This document shows, in pieces, positions 37,228 to 47,195 of a stretch of DNA of 64,000 bases; position 1 is the stretch's first letter, and every line of letters begins with the position of its first letter. Both the position numbers and the translations under genes were made by a program. This DNA is from Candidatus Eisenbergiella merdipullorum (GTDB lineage: Bacteria; Bacillota; Clostridia; Lachnospirales; Lachnospiraceae), in assembly GCA_019118445.1 (NCBI GenBank), contig DWYY01000172.1, positions 532 through 64,531 on the forward strand. Direction: 5' to 3'. Under the pieces are notes generated by a model. It searched no databases, was not told the origin of the DNA, and saw only the letters and a list, made by a program, of their open reading frames with translations.

Positions 37228-39648
37228 CTACGCTCTCAGCTCGATGCCAAGCCCCTGAAGGCCGTTCAGGATCTTTTTCATGGCGGCGGCAACGTCCGCT
37301 TCTTCCAGAGTCCTGTCTTTGGCGCGGAAAACGAGGGTATAGGCCATGGATTTGTAGCCCTCCCTAATCTGCGCGCCTTCATAGATATCGAACAGGCTGT
37401 AGCTCTCCAGGATCTTTCCGCCTCTCTGGGCGATGATCTGTTCGATCTGTCCTGCCAGGATCTCCTTAGGCACCACCATGCTGATGTCGCGGTTGACCGC
37501 AGGATATTTTGCGATGCCTTCATATTTTCTGTCGAAGGTGGCATAAGGCAGGATTGCGGGCATATCGAGCACTGCCACATAAGCCCTCTCGCCAATCTCG
37601 TAGTTATCCAGCACCTGCGGATGCACCTCGCCCAGGAAACCGATCACCTTTCCGTCATAGATCACGTTCGCCTGACGGCCGGGATGCAGGAAGTTCTTTC
37701 CGGCATCAGGATCGTATTCCTTCTTTTCCTTCATGCCGATGCTTTCCAGGAATTCCTCCACCACGCCTTTCATGGTGTAGAAGTCTCCTTCCCCGTAGCA
37801 GCCCAGGGTGAACTGCATGCGCTCCTCGGGAAGCTCCGTCACAGGAATCGCCTTAGGCAGATAAATATTTCCAAGCTCATAGAGCTTTACGTTTTTATTC
37901 CTTCTGTTGTAGTTGGTCGCAAGTGAGGTCAGGATACCATTCAGGGAAATGGTCCTCATGATGGAAAAATCTTCTCCCAGCGGGTTCTGGATCGTCACCG
38001 TGCGGCGCAGCGGATCATCCTTATCCAGCAGGAGCTTATCGAACACCTTAGGGCTTTCGAAGGAATAGCACATGCCCTGGGAGAAACCGCAGTATTCCGC
38101 CACATCCCTTGCCTTCTGCTCAATGCGGAGCTTGAAGGACAGCTTTCCCGTAGTGGCCTCGCCCGTGGGAAGGGTCATGGGGATCCTGTCATAGCCGTAA
38201 AATCTCGCGACTTCCTCCGCCACATCGGCAAAGCCCTCGATATCCTGGCGGAAGGTGGGAGCGACCAGCACGTTTTCTTTTTCATCATAGTCAAACTCCA
38301 GCCTTTTGAAATAACTCAGCATATCTTCCGCTGAAATGTCCGTTCCAAGGAGGCTGTTGATCTTTTCCGGCTGGAAAGGCACGCGCACGCGTTCCTTCAT
38401 AGGCTCGCAGACATCCGCCATGCCTCCGACTACTTCGCCGCAGCCCAGCTGCTCGATCAACTGGCAGGCACGGTTGATGGCCGCCTCTGCGTTGTGGGGA
38501 TCCAGCCCTTTTTCAAAGATCCCGGATGCGTCGGTGCGCAGGCCGATGCGCTTTGCAGATTTGCGGATGTTCGTCCCGTTAAAACAGGCCGCCTCGAACA
38601 GGACTGTTTTCACATCGTCCGTGATCTTGGAATTCTCACCGCCCATGATGCCCGCGATGCCGATCTCCTTTTCGGCGTCGCAGATCATCAACACATCCTT
38701 ATCCAGCTTTCTCATCTGGCCGTCCAGGGTCTCAAACTCGTCCCCGTCCTTCGCCCTGCGGACGATGATCTGCTTTCCGGCAATGGTGGAAAGGTCATAG
38801 GCGTGCATGGGCTGACCATACTCCTCCATCACATAGTTGGTGATGTCGACCAGGTTGTTGATGGGACGGATGCCGCTGGCCGCAAGCCTTCTCTGCATCC
38901 ATTTGGGGGAAGGAGCGATCTTGATGTTAGTACACACCCTTGCGCAGTAACGGGGGCACAGATCAGGGTCCTGCACCTTCACGCTGATATAATCGTTTAC
39001 GTTTTCCTGATTTTCATGCAGGGTGACTTCCGGCGGGTTGAAAGGGAGCCGGAAGGTCGCCGCCGCTTCCCTCGCAATGCCCAGGATGCTGAAGCAGTCG
39101 ATCCTGTTGTTGGTCACTTCATATTCAAACACGGTATCATGCAGACCCAGCGCTTCCACTGCGTCAGAACCAACCTGCACGTCGTCATCAAAAATATAGA
39201 TGCCGTTTTCCGGCGCTTCCGGATACATCTCCCGGCTGCTCCCCAGCTCTTCGATGGAGCACATCATGCCGTTGGAAGGCACGCCGCGCAGTTTTCCGGC
39301 CTTGATGCGGATACCATTCTCCGGCAGAGGGCTCCCGTCATGGCCGCCGGCAACCTTACCGCCGTCCAGGACCACTGGAACCTTGTCTCCCACCTTCACG
39401 TTGTTCGCTCCGGTCACGATCTGGATCGTTTCACTGCCGACATCGACCTGGCAGACGATCAGCTTGTCCGCATCCGGATGCTTTTCTATGGACTTGATCT
39501 GGCCGATCACGATCTTCTCCAGATTCTTGTCCAGCCTTTCATAACTTTCCACCTTCGTGCCGCTCATCGTCATGGCGTCGCAATATTCCTGATCCGTACA
39601 GGACAGCCCGGGCACGTATGCTTTTATCCAGGATAATGTTGTATTCAT
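37228..39648 (-). CDS. pheT: Phenylalanine-tRNA ligase beta subunit
   Basis: KHPDADKL, NNLVDITNYVM, GQPMHAYD, LHPGRQA, C-terminal FDX-ACB domain. Confidence 0.97.
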   Translation of the reverse strand: MNTTLSWIKAYVPGLSCTDQEYCDAMTMSGTKVESYERLDKNLEKIVIGQIKSIEKHPDADKLIVCQVDVGSETIQIVTGANNVKVGDKVPVVLDGGKVAGGHDGSPLPENGIRIKAGKLRGVPSNGMMCSIEELGSSREMYPEAPENGIYIFDDDVQVGSDAVEALGLHDTVFEYEVTNNRIDCFSILGIAREAAATFRLPFNPPEVTLHENQENVNDYISVKVQDPDLCPRYCARVCTNIKIAPSPKWMQRRLAASGIRPINNLVDITNYVMEEYGQPMHAYDLSTIAGKQIIVRRAKDGDEFETLDGQMRKLDKDVLMICDAEKEIGIAGIMGGENSKITDDVKTVLFEAACFNGTNIRKSAKRIGLRTDASGIFEKGLDPHNAEAAINRACQLIEQLGCGEVVGGMADVCEPMKERVRVPFQPEKINSLLGTDISAEDMLSYFKRLEFDYDEKENVLVAPTFRQDIEGFADVAEEVARFYGYDRIPMTLPTGEATTGKLSFKLRIEQKARDVAEYCGFSQGMCYSFESPKVFDKLLLDKDDPLRRTVTIQNPLGEDFSIMRTISLNGILTSLATNYNRRNKNVKLYELGNIYLPKAIPVTELPEERMQFTLGCYGEGDFYTMKGVVEEFLESIGMKEKKEYDPDAGKNFLHPGRQANVIYDGKVIGFLGEVHPQVLDNYEIGERAYVAVLDMPAILPYATFDRKYEGIAKYPAVNRDISMVVPKEILAGQIEQIIAQRGGKILESYSLFDIYEGAQIREGYKSMAYTLVFRAKDRTLEEADVAAAMKKILNGLQGLGIELRA

Positions 39649-39738
39649 AGTTCATACCTTTCTGAAATGATTTGGAGAAGGGGAACACCGAAACAGCGTC
39701 CTCTCCGGTTTTGTCTCTCACACTCTTTGGCTCCGTAC

Positions 39739-40758
39739 TCAGAACTGTTTCAGGAAACGGATGTCATTTTCATAAAGCAGACGCATATCGTCAATCTCAT
39801 ATTTCAACAGGGCGATGCGCTCCAGGCCGATGCCGAAGGCGAAACCGGAATAGACTTCCGGATCGATGCCGCTCATCTTCAGCACTTTTGGATGCACCAT
39901 ACCGCAGCCGAGAATCTCGATCCAGCCGGAACCCTTGCAGAAACGGCATCCCTTCCCGCCACATTTGAAGCAGGAAACATCCACTTCCGCGCTGGGCTCT
40001 GTGAACGGGAAGTGATGGGGACGGAATTTCACCCTGGTCTCTTTGCCGAACAGCTCCCTCGCGAACTCCTGCAGCGTTCCCTTCAGGTCTGCAAAGGTGA
40101 TGTGCTTGTCGATGACCATTCCTTCAATCTGGTGAAAGGAAGGGGAATGGGTGGCGTCTACCTCGTCGGAACGGAAAACCCTTCCGGGAGCGATCATGCG
40201 GATGGGAAGCTTTCCCCTTTCCATCACGCGCACCTGCACAGGCGAAGTCTGCGTGCGCAGCACGATCTCATCATTGATATAGAAGGTATCCTGCTCGTCC
40301 CTGGTGGGATGTCCCTTTGGGATGTTCAGGGCTTCAAAGTTATAATAATCGGTTTCCACCTCAGGGCCTTCCACCACTTCATAGCCCATGCCCACAAAGA
40401 TGCGCTCCACTTCCTCCAGGGCGATGGAATTGGGATGCCTGTGACCGATCTGGTTTTTCTTCGCAGGAAGAGTAACGTCAATGACCTCTTCCTTCATCTT
40501 TGCTTCCCGCATGGCGGTTTCCATCTGCTTCTTTGTTTCATCCAGCATGGCCTCGATCTGCGCCCTTGTCTCGTTCACCATCTGTCCGATCTTAGGCCGC
40601 TCCTCGGGCGCCACATTCTTCATGCCCTTCAGCACTTCTGTGAGCGCTCCTTTCTTTCCAAGCGCGCTCACTCTGACCTCGTTCAGCTTCTCAAGGGTAT
40701 CGGCCGCTATTATCTGCGCCTGGACCTCCGCCTTGATCTGTTCCAGCCTGTCTTTCAT
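39739..40758 (-). CDS. pheS: Phenylalanine-tRNA ligase alpha subunit
   Basis: LRTQTSPVQ, FHQIEG, FPFTEPS, GFAFGIGLER; true start 40758. Confidence 0.97.
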   Translation of the reverse strand: MKDRLEQIKAEVQAQIIAADTLEKLNEVRVSALGKKGALTEVLKGMKNVAPEERPKIGQMVNETRAQIEAMLDETKKQMETAMREAKMKEEVIDVTLPAKKNQIGHRHPNSIALEEVERIFVGMGYEVVEGPEVETDYYNFEALNIPKGHPTRDEQDTFYINDEIVLRTQTSPVQVRVMERGKLPIRMIAPGRVFRSDEVDATHSPSFHQIEGMVIDKHITFADLKGTLQEFARELFGKETRVKFRPHHFPFTEPSAEVDVSCFKCGGKGCRFCKGSGWIEILGCGMVHPKVLKMSGIDPEVYSGFAFGIGLERIALLKYEIDDMRLLYENDIRFLKQF

Positions 40759-40810
40759 GACAAATCTCCTTCCTGTCTGTTCCTTTTCCTTTTTACCGGG
40801 AATAAAGACA

Positions 40811-41100
40811 TAAAAAATCCCCGGTTCATAAAAACCAGGGACGAAAAAATTTCCGCGGTACCACCCATCTTCCTGCCGGAAGGCCGTTCGGAGCGGCTTT
40901 TCGCGGCAGACTCTCCATAAAGACATAACGCGTCTCTTCGCACGTTCCCTCCTACCGCCGCCTGCATCCGTGCGGGCACGGCCTTCAGAAGGAAAGCTCC
41001 GGCGTGAAAATAAAGACATATCTGAACCTGAGGAAGCTTGCAGCCGGCGGCCTCCTCTCTCTGCCGGAAGATACCTCTCTTTATGCGCCATCAAAGCCTT
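40811..41100 (-). ncRNA. T-box riboswitch, Phe specifier (UUC)
   Basis: Minus strand: AGAGAG and GCUG boxes, specifier UUC at 41008-41006, T-box AAGAUGGGUGGUACCGCGG (40871-40853), terminator at 40842-40811. Confidence 0.92.
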
Positions 41101-41116
41101 TTCACTTTCTTTACCT

Positions 41117-41145
41117 ATTCTATGGGGCATCTTTTAAAAAGTCAA
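41117..41145 (-). promoter_or_regulatory. SigA promoter of T-box-pheST
   Basis: TTGACT-17 bp-TAGAAT. Confidence 0.75.
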
Positions 41146-41154
41146 CCTTTTTTT

Positions 41155-42609
41155 TCACGCCTCCCCATCCGTTCCGCCCAGCAGCTGTTTTGTCACCTCA
41201 TCGAGCACATCGAAATACCGTGCGAAAGTCTTCCGGCAGCAGTCCGGGTCGCCGATCTCGATGCCGTCCGCCCGCAGGCCGGTCAGAGAAAATCCCATCG
41301 CCATCCGGTGATCGTCGTAGGTCCGGATCCTTCCCGGCCGGGGAGAGCCCGGATAAATGGTCAGCCCGTCCTCTCCCGCCTGCACGCGGATGCCGATCCT
41401 TTCAAGTTCGCAGGCGATCGCCGCGAGGCGGTCGCTCTCCTGATAGCGGATATGGCCGATCCCGGTGATCGTGACGGGAGAATCCGCAAAAGGAGCGATT
41501 GCGGCAAGCGTGATGGCCTGGTCGGAGCAGGCGTGCATATCTGCATCGACCCCTCTCAGTTTCCCGCCTTTAGGCCCAAGCAGCACAATTCCCTTTTCCG
41601 TCTCTCTTATCCCGCATCCCATCCGCTCCAGGATCCGTAAAAATCCAACGTCGCCCTGCAGGGAGTCAAAATGCACGCCTTCTACCCTGCCCTCTATGCC
41701 GAGAAGCGCCGCCATAGCATAGAAATAACAGGCTGCAGATACATCCGGTTCGATCTCATACGTGCGGTGCCTGTAGCAGCCCTGTCCCATCCGGAAGCCT
41801 CCCGTCTGACACCCTGTTCCCGGAGCGTCCGTTTTCGAAGCGGCCGTTTTGGGAACACATGCTTCAGAAAAGCTGTCATCCAGCCGTTTCGGCGTGATCC
41901 CAAACTGCTCCATCATTTTCACCGTCATATCAATATAAGCCATACCATGCGTTCCCTTCACCCGGATATCCAGATTCCGGCCGCTGCAGCAGGATGCGAT
42001 CAGAAGCGCGCTGAGGAACTGGCTGCTGTGGGCGATGTCCACCGTAACTGTCCGGCGGCCGTCCGGACATCCGTTTTCCCGCCCGCCTTCTGTCCTGCCA
42101 GCATCCCTTTCTCCGCCGTCCTCCTGCGGAAGAAGCGTAAAGGGAAAATGCCCTTTCTCCCCCTCATAGATTACTTTCGTACCCAACTCTTCCAAACAGG
42201 CGAGAAGCGGCTCCATGGGACGCTTCCTCATCTGCTCAGAGGCGTCCAGATGCCAGACCCCTTCTTTCAGTCCCAGGAGAGCCGTCAGGAAACGGGCTGC
42301 CGTCCCGGCGCTCCCCACATAGACGGAGGCTTCTTTTTTCGGGATCTGCCCGCCAAGCCCTGTGAGCCGGATTTCCTCCGTCTTTTCATCCGCGGAAATG
42401 GCAAATCCCAGGTCTTTGATGCACTGCACCAGATATCTGGAATCATCGGAAAACAGCGCCCCCTTCAGCACACAGTCCCCGTCGGAGAGCATGGAGAGCA
42501 AAAGCGCCCGGTTCGTGATGCTTTTCGACCCGGGAACCCGGACACAAAAGGCGTTTTTCAGCCCTGCTTTCCCATAGAGTTTCCTTACCTGATAGACTTC
42601 GCGCGACAT
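41155..42609 (-). CDS. aroA: 3-phosphoshikimate 1-carboxyvinyltransferase (EPSP synthase)
   Basis: PGSKSITNRAL, GSAGTAARF, RPM, SSQFLSALL, ESDRL, DDHRMAM; true start 42609. Confidence 0.95.
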   Translation of the reverse strand: MSREVYQVRKLYGKAGLKNAFCVRVPGSKSITNRALLLSMLSDGDCVLKGALFSDDSRYLVQCIKDLGFAISADEKTEEIRLTGLGGQIPKKEASVYVGSAGTAARFLTALLGLKEGVWHLDASEQMRKRPMEPLLACLEELGTKVIYEGEKGHFPFTLLPQEDGGERDAGRTEGGRENGCPDGRRTVTVDIAHSSQFLSALLIASCCSGRNLDIRVKGTHGMAYIDMTVKMMEQFGITPKRLDDSFSEACVPKTAASKTDAPGTGCQTGGFRMGQGCYRHRTYEIEPDVSAACYFYAMAALLGIEGRVEGVHFDSLQGDVGFLRILERMGCGIRETEKGIVLLGPKGGKLRGVDADMHACSDQAITLAAIAPFADSPVTITGIGHIRYQESDRLAAIACELERIGIRVQAGEDGLTIYPGSPRPGRIRTYDDHRMAMGFSLTGLRADGIEIGDPDCCRKTFARYFDVLDEVTKQLLGGTDGEA

Positions 42610-42724
42610 ATCTGTGCCCCTTTCTTTTCTTGAATTTCCATTAAGAACATGGTACGATATTATCCGACATGCGTCAACAACGGATGCTGCAGTGCAGGAT
42701 CCGGACAGAAATGGAGACATAGAC

Positions 42725-43579
42725 ATGATAAAAGACATTTTCAAGGACAAGAAACCAACCCTCTCTTTTGAGGTATTTCCTCCCAAAAAAGAGGATGATT
42801 TTGCAAACGCTTTTTCGGTCATGGACGCTCTGGCTGTGCTGAAGCCTGACTTCATCAGCGTCACCTACGGGGCTGGCGGGAGCAAGTCCAAAAAGACACT
42901 GGAGATCGCTTCCTATATCCAGAACAGACTCCACATCGATGCGCTGGCCCATATGACCTGCGTCGGTTCCAGCAGGGAAGACATCGACGCCGTTGCCTCC
43001 CAGATGGAGCAGGAAGGCATCCGGCAGGTGCTTGCGCTGCGGGGAGACCGTCCTGCAACTATGAGCGATGAGCAGTTCAACAGCCGCGCCTTTGCGCACG
43101 CGAGCGATCTGATCGCCTACCTGAAGGCGAACACTTCCCTGCATATGGCAGGCGCCTGCTATCCGGAAAAACATTTTGAGGCGGAAAGCTTTGAAGAAGA
43201 CCTGCGCCATCTGAAAGAGAAATGCGAAGCTGGCGCAGAATTCCTGATCACCCAGCTTTTCTTCGACAATGACAGCTTCCTCCGTTTCCGGGAGACCGCC
43301 GGAAAAGCCGGGATCAGCGTTCCCATCTGTGCAGGGATCATGCCGATCACCACTGCGAAACAGATCGGAACCACCGTATCCCTTTCCGGTTCTTCGGTTC
43401 CCAAGAAGATGGCCGACATGATCGCCGCCTATGCGGACAACCCAGCCGACCTGAGAAAAGCCGGGATCGAATACGCAGCGGAGCAGATCCGCGGCCTGAA
43501 AGCGGAAGGTGTGGACGGCATCCATATCTATACCATGAACCGGCCTAAGGTGGCGGCGGAGATCGTGGGGATGATCTGA
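42725..43579 (+). CDS. metF: 5,10-methylenetetrahydrofolate reductase
   Basis: SFEVFPPK, ISVTYGAGG, LALRGD, CYPEKH, ITQLFFDN, HIYTMN. Confidence 0.95.
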   Translation: MIKDIFKDKKPTLSFEVFPPKKEDDFANAFSVMDALAVLKPDFISVTYGAGGSKSKKTLEIASYIQNRLHIDALAHMTCVGSSREDIDAVASQMEQEGIRQVLALRGDRPATMSDEQFNSRAFAHASDLIAYLKANTSLHMAGACYPEKHFEAESFEEDLRHLKEKCEAGAEFLITQLFFDNDSFLRFRETAGKAGISVPICAGIMPITTAKQIGTTVSLSGSSVPKKMADMIAAYADNPADLRKAGIEYAAEQIRGLKAEGVDGIHIYTMNRPKVAAEIVGMI

Positions 43580-43594
43580 AAGAAATGAAAAATT

Positions 43595-43638
43595 ATTCCC
43601 GTTGAAAACAATACTTCCCAGGTGATTTCAACGGGAAT
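43595..43638. terminator. Inverted repeat between convergent metF and the ABC permease
   Basis: ATTCCCGTTGAAA...TTTCAACGGGAAT, 13-bp perfect arms. Confidence 0.7.
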
Positions 43639-43639
43639 C

Positions 43640-44452
43640 TCATGCGCCTGCGCTTTCATACCTTCTCAAACCTGCCCCCCACATGAGAACAGCAGCTATC
43701 CAGAGAAGCAGTGCAGCTATAGGCGGCAGATATACCATTATTGGACCAAAAACAGTATCTCCTCTTTTCTCCAGCAAAAATACCGCCGGATAATAATTGA
43801 CAAATGCATATGGGACAATAAATGTAAAAAGCACTTGAATCCATTTTGAAAAAGCTGACAACGGAAAATCAATAAGTGTACGCACCCCATCATAAGATGT
43901 AATCAGGTTCATCATCTCCGAATTGTCTATCACCCAAAAGCTCACAGAGCCCATAAGGATTAACAGAGCTCCATGAATCATGGTCCCACTGCAGATTGTG
44001 ATGCAAAAATAGATAATCTTCCCAACATTCCAATCCATTTCCAAGTGCATTAGACTTTTTGTCAGAAAAAACATTGCCAACAGTAGCCGTCCAATAAAAG
44101 TATATTGAAACTGCCTGAAAATACAGAATTTCAATGGTCTGATCGGTCGAATCAGACAGTTGTCAAAGCTGCCGTCCCTGATGGACTGTGCTAGAGAAAC
44201 CATTGGAGTCCAAAAGAAAAAACCACTGATCGAGGTACATAGCCAGTTTAGGCTGACCAGAAAAAGAGCTTCATAGTAGGTCCACCCTGAAATCGAAGAA
44301 ACCTGTTCAAAAACCACACCAAGGAAAACATAAAAGCTTCCAATATTGATCATGTTGGAAACAGTTTCCACAAAGAATGCAAATCGATATTCCATCACTG
44401 AACTGATATAAACTTTGATAAAGGACAAATATAGTTTTATTTCGCATAACAT
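43640..44452 (-). CDS. ABC-2 family permease (DUF990 type)
   Basis: MEYRFAF, GWTYYE, IRDGSFDNCLIRPI, FPLSAF, PYAFVNYYP. Confidence 0.88.
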   Translation of the reverse strand: MLCEIKLYLSFIKVYISSVMEYRFAFFVETVSNMINIGSFYVFLGVVFEQVSSISGWTYYEALFLVSLNWLCTSISGFFFWTPMVSLAQSIRDGSFDNCLIRPIRPLKFCIFRQFQYTFIGRLLLAMFFLTKSLMHLEMDWNVGKIIYFCITICSGTMIHGALLILMGSVSFWVIDNSEMMNLITSYDGVRTLIDFPLSAFSKWIQVLFTFIVPYAFVNYYPAVFLLEKRGDTVFGPIMVYLPPIAALLLWIAAVLMWGAGLRRYESAGA

Positions 44453-44477
44453 TCCTTTTTCCCCTTTCGAAGCATTT

Positions 44478-45284
44478 TCAGCCTCCCTGTATCATAACTT
44501 TCGTTTCACCTTTTCTCCATACCAAATCCATGACCAGATAAAGTCCCGCTATCCACAGACCCTGAGTCAAACAATTTCTAATGATTTCCCGCCCTGTCAA
44601 TTTTTGCAGATAGACCGCTATCGGAAGAAAATAAATATTCTGTAGGGGTAGCAGTTCAGACAAATGAAGCAGCCACCCTGATAAAAACCAGACCGGAATC
44701 CAAACGCCGGAAAATATTTTAATCAACCCATTGACAAGAGCATCCGCCGGCCCGGCCTTTACTACCCAAAAAGCGCTTGCTGCCACTATTGTCGTAAGCA
44801 GGTAATAAATCAGAAAACCGTTAATCAGGAACAGAACAAACAGGAGGCATGTTAAAAATGAAGGAATCGTAATCCTGTAAACAAGAATTCCAAAAATCAA
44901 CAAGGGCAGAGCCTGCAATAAAACAGAAATCAACGATTCACACAGCGATTCAATGAACAGATACATTTTTATACTAATCGGCCTGACCAAAAGCTGGGAA
45001 ATATTTCCGCTGCTGATCTGACTGTTCAAACTGCTGACGGAACAGGACTGGATAAAACAATACATGACATGACTCATTACTGTATAAGAAATCATATCGT
45101 GAAGCGATATCGTTCCAAACTGCGTGTGGAAAAACAATTGTTTGTCATTCCCATATACGATCTTCCATATATATACCTGAACTGCCATAAAAATCAATCT
45201 ATTTATCATTTTGAAGAAAGCATTGAATCTGTATGTCAACAGCCTGCCCAGCGTGGCGGAAGCAAATTGCAGATAGAATTCCAT
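44478..45284 (-). CDS. ABC-2 family permease (DUF990 type)
   Basis: LTYRFN, ISSGNISQLLVRPI, FSGVWIPVWF, LPLQ. Confidence 0.88.
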   Translation of the reverse strand: MEFYLQFASATLGRLLTYRFNAFFKMINRLIFMAVQVYIWKIVYGNDKQLFFHTQFGTISLHDMISYTVMSHVMYCFIQSCSVSSLNSQISSGNISQLLVRPISIKMYLFIESLCESLISVLLQALPLLIFGILVYRITIPSFLTCLLFVLFLINGFLIYYLLTTIVAASAFWVVKAGPADALVNGLIKIFSGVWIPVWFLSGWLLHLSELLPLQNIYFLPIAVYLQKLTGREIIRNCLTQGLWIAGLYLVMDLVWRKGETKVMIQGG

Positions 45285-45285
45285 A

Positions 45286-46134
45286 TTATTCTGATGTCTC
45301 CCTTCTGTAATAAATTTTTACCGCTTCTTCCAGGTTTTTATCTGCCGGATCAGCATTTCTCCCAGCCGATGCTTTCCTTTCAAATCCTTCCAGGCTACCG
45401 TCAAACAGCATTTTCCCGTTGTCTATCAAAATCATTCTCTGACACAATTCTTCAATATCATCTAAATCATGGGAGGTTAGAATGATTGTAGTTCCAAACT
45501 GAAGGTTTACTTCTTTTACGAAATTTCGCATATTCTCCTTATTCAGGACATCCAGCCCTATGGTTGGTTCGTCCATAAAGAGAACAGGAGGATTATGCAA
45601 CATAGACGCACACAAATCCGCGCACATTCGCTGTCCCAGGCTTAACTGGCGGACAGGCTTTGTCATATAATTCTCCATTCCGAACATCTTCTGAAACAGA
45701 CTGAGCCGTTCTTCAAAGTCCTTCCGTGGAATCCGGTACATCTTCTGAAACAGTCTGAAAGATTCCAATATTGGAATATCCCACCATAACTGACTTCTCT
45801 GTCCGAATACAACGCCTATGTATTTCGCGTTTTCTGTTCGATTTTTATATGGCTCCAGACCATTTACCCGGATTGTTCCATTGGAAGGATACAGAATCCC
45901 AGCCATCATTTTGATCAATGTTGATTTGCCAGCTCCATTTTTACCAATCAGACCAACAGATTCTCCACTGTATATTTTAAATGTTACATCAGAAACCGCT
46001 CTAATCTTTTCATACTCCGGCTTCAGAAAATCAATAAGTTTATTTCTTGTTCTCTTTCTGAATCGGTAATCTTTGGATACCTTTTCCACGGAAATGACAC
46101 ATTCCGTTTTCATTTTTTGCACCATAAAGAACAA
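45286..46134 (-). CDS. ABC transporter ATP-binding protein
   Basis: GKNGAGKST, VFGQRSQLWWD, LSLGQR, DEPTIGLD, TSHD; ATG 46125 is an alternative start. Confidence 0.93.
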   Translation of the reverse strand: MFFMVQKMKTECVISVEKVSKDYRFRKRTRNKLIDFLKPEYEKIRAVSDVTFKIYSGESVGLIGKNGAGKSTLIKMMAGILYPSNGTIRVNGLEPYKNRTENAKYIGVVFGQRSQLWWDIPILESFRLFQKMYRIPRKDFEERLSLFQKMFGMENYMTKPVRQLSLGQRMCADLCASMLHNPPVLFMDEPTIGLDVLNKENMRNFVKEVNLQFGTTIILTSHDLDDIEELCQRMILIDNGKMLFDGSLEGFERKASAGRNADPADKNLEEAVKIYYRRETSE

Positions 46135-46193
46135 ACCTCCATCTTACATCTGCCAGTCAAATACCAGAACCATCAATTATCCATCTATGCATC

Positions 46194-46233
46194 AGTCTAG
46201 CAGATAAAATAAGACAATAGTTTGTCCTATTTT
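46194..46233 (-). promoter_or_regulatory. Extended -10 promoter with an inverted-repeat operator (probable WYL regulator site)
   Basis: AAAATAAGACAA-TAGT-TTGTCCTATTTT (46206-46233; 11/12 arm match) immediately upstream of TGcTAGACT. Confidence 0.7.
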
Positions 46234-46255
46234 TTTTCAGATACGTTTTTCGTTT

Positions 46256-47164
46256 TCAGTTCAGTCTTTCTTGTGATCTTTTCAAAATTTCCAGAAGATG
46301 TTCCCGAAACCAGTTTGGTTCCAGCACACTGACATGAGGACAGTATGAAAGAATCTTTTCATATACCCATTCCCCCACCGGAAACTGTTTATCAATGATA
46401 TAAAAGCCGTCTGTATCCATTGAAATTTCTTCTTCATCAAAATCATCATAAATCCGGTAAGCTTGCGATGCATCAATTCGAAGCCTTACTCTGGTCAGTT
46501 TTTTCTCCTCAGCGTTTTCCTTTCCATTCTCCTTTTGTTCTCCTTCTTTTCCTTCGTGTGGCACGAAATATTCCGGGAGACGGATACAACGCTTAATCCG
46601 AAAAAGCTTAAATGTCCGCATAGCCTTTCTTTCCCGGCACCAAGCGCGCAGATACCATGCGCTTCCTTTAAACCAAAGCTGCACCGGCTCCACCACACGA
46701 TGGCTCATCCTTCCATCACTGCCATAATAATCAAATTCGAGAAGCTGATGATCCAAAACAGCAGCCTTCAACAGAGAATACAACTCTCCCATCTGCCTAT
46801 TCCAATCGGAAAAATCAACAGACAGCCAGCTTTCTCCAGGCATCTGAAAAAAATCCGACAACCGGTGAAGCAGATTTTGGTTTTCTCCATCTGGTTCCAT
46901 TTCTTCAAGGCTTTCCAAAGCAGACAGAATCTGGCGTTTTTCTTCCTTACTCACAAACATCCGGTCAATCACAAAATGTTCCATCAACGCTATTCCGCCG
47001 CCGCGTCCCTTAATAGTATATATTGGAATACCTGCCATGCTAAGAGTCTCCACATCACGATAAATAGTTTTTTGAGAAACTTCAAAGTACTCCGCAAGCT
47101 CCTTTGCCGATACCTTTTCCCTTAAAATAAGTTGATAACAGATCCCAAATAACCGGCTAATCAT
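46256..47164 (-). CDS. YafY-family HTH-WYL-WCX transcriptional regulator
   Basis: AKELAEYFEVSQKTIYRDVETL HTH, GRGGGI, RVVEP...AWYLRAWC...RTFKLFRI, VLEP. Confidence 0.93.
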   Translation of the reverse strand: MISRLFGICYQLILREKVSAKELAEYFEVSQKTIYRDVETLSMAGIPIYTIKGRGGGIALMEHFVIDRMFVSKEEKRQILSALESLEEMEPDGENQNLLHRLSDFFQMPGESWLSVDFSDWNRQMGELYSLLKAAVLDHQLLEFDYYGSDGRMSHRVVEPVQLWFKGSAWYLRAWCRERKAMRTFKLFRIKRCIRLPEYFVPHEGKEGEQKENGKENAEEKKLTRVRLRIDASQAYRIYDDFDEEEISMDTDGFYIIDKQFPVGEWVYEKILSYCPHVSVLEPNWFREHLLEILKRSQERLN

Positions 47165-47195
47165 ATAATATGTTTACCCGCCTTTCTTCTTCCCG

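Noticed and set aside
40759-41130. 123-aa N-terminal extension of PheS in the ORF track
   Set aside because: This is the T-box leader. Similar over-extended starts for ruvA, aroA, metF, rsmD and rnhB were trimmed.
42660-42724. Possible SAM, SAH, THF or ZTP riboswitch before metF
   Set aside because: The leader is short and lacks the consensus elements of these classes.
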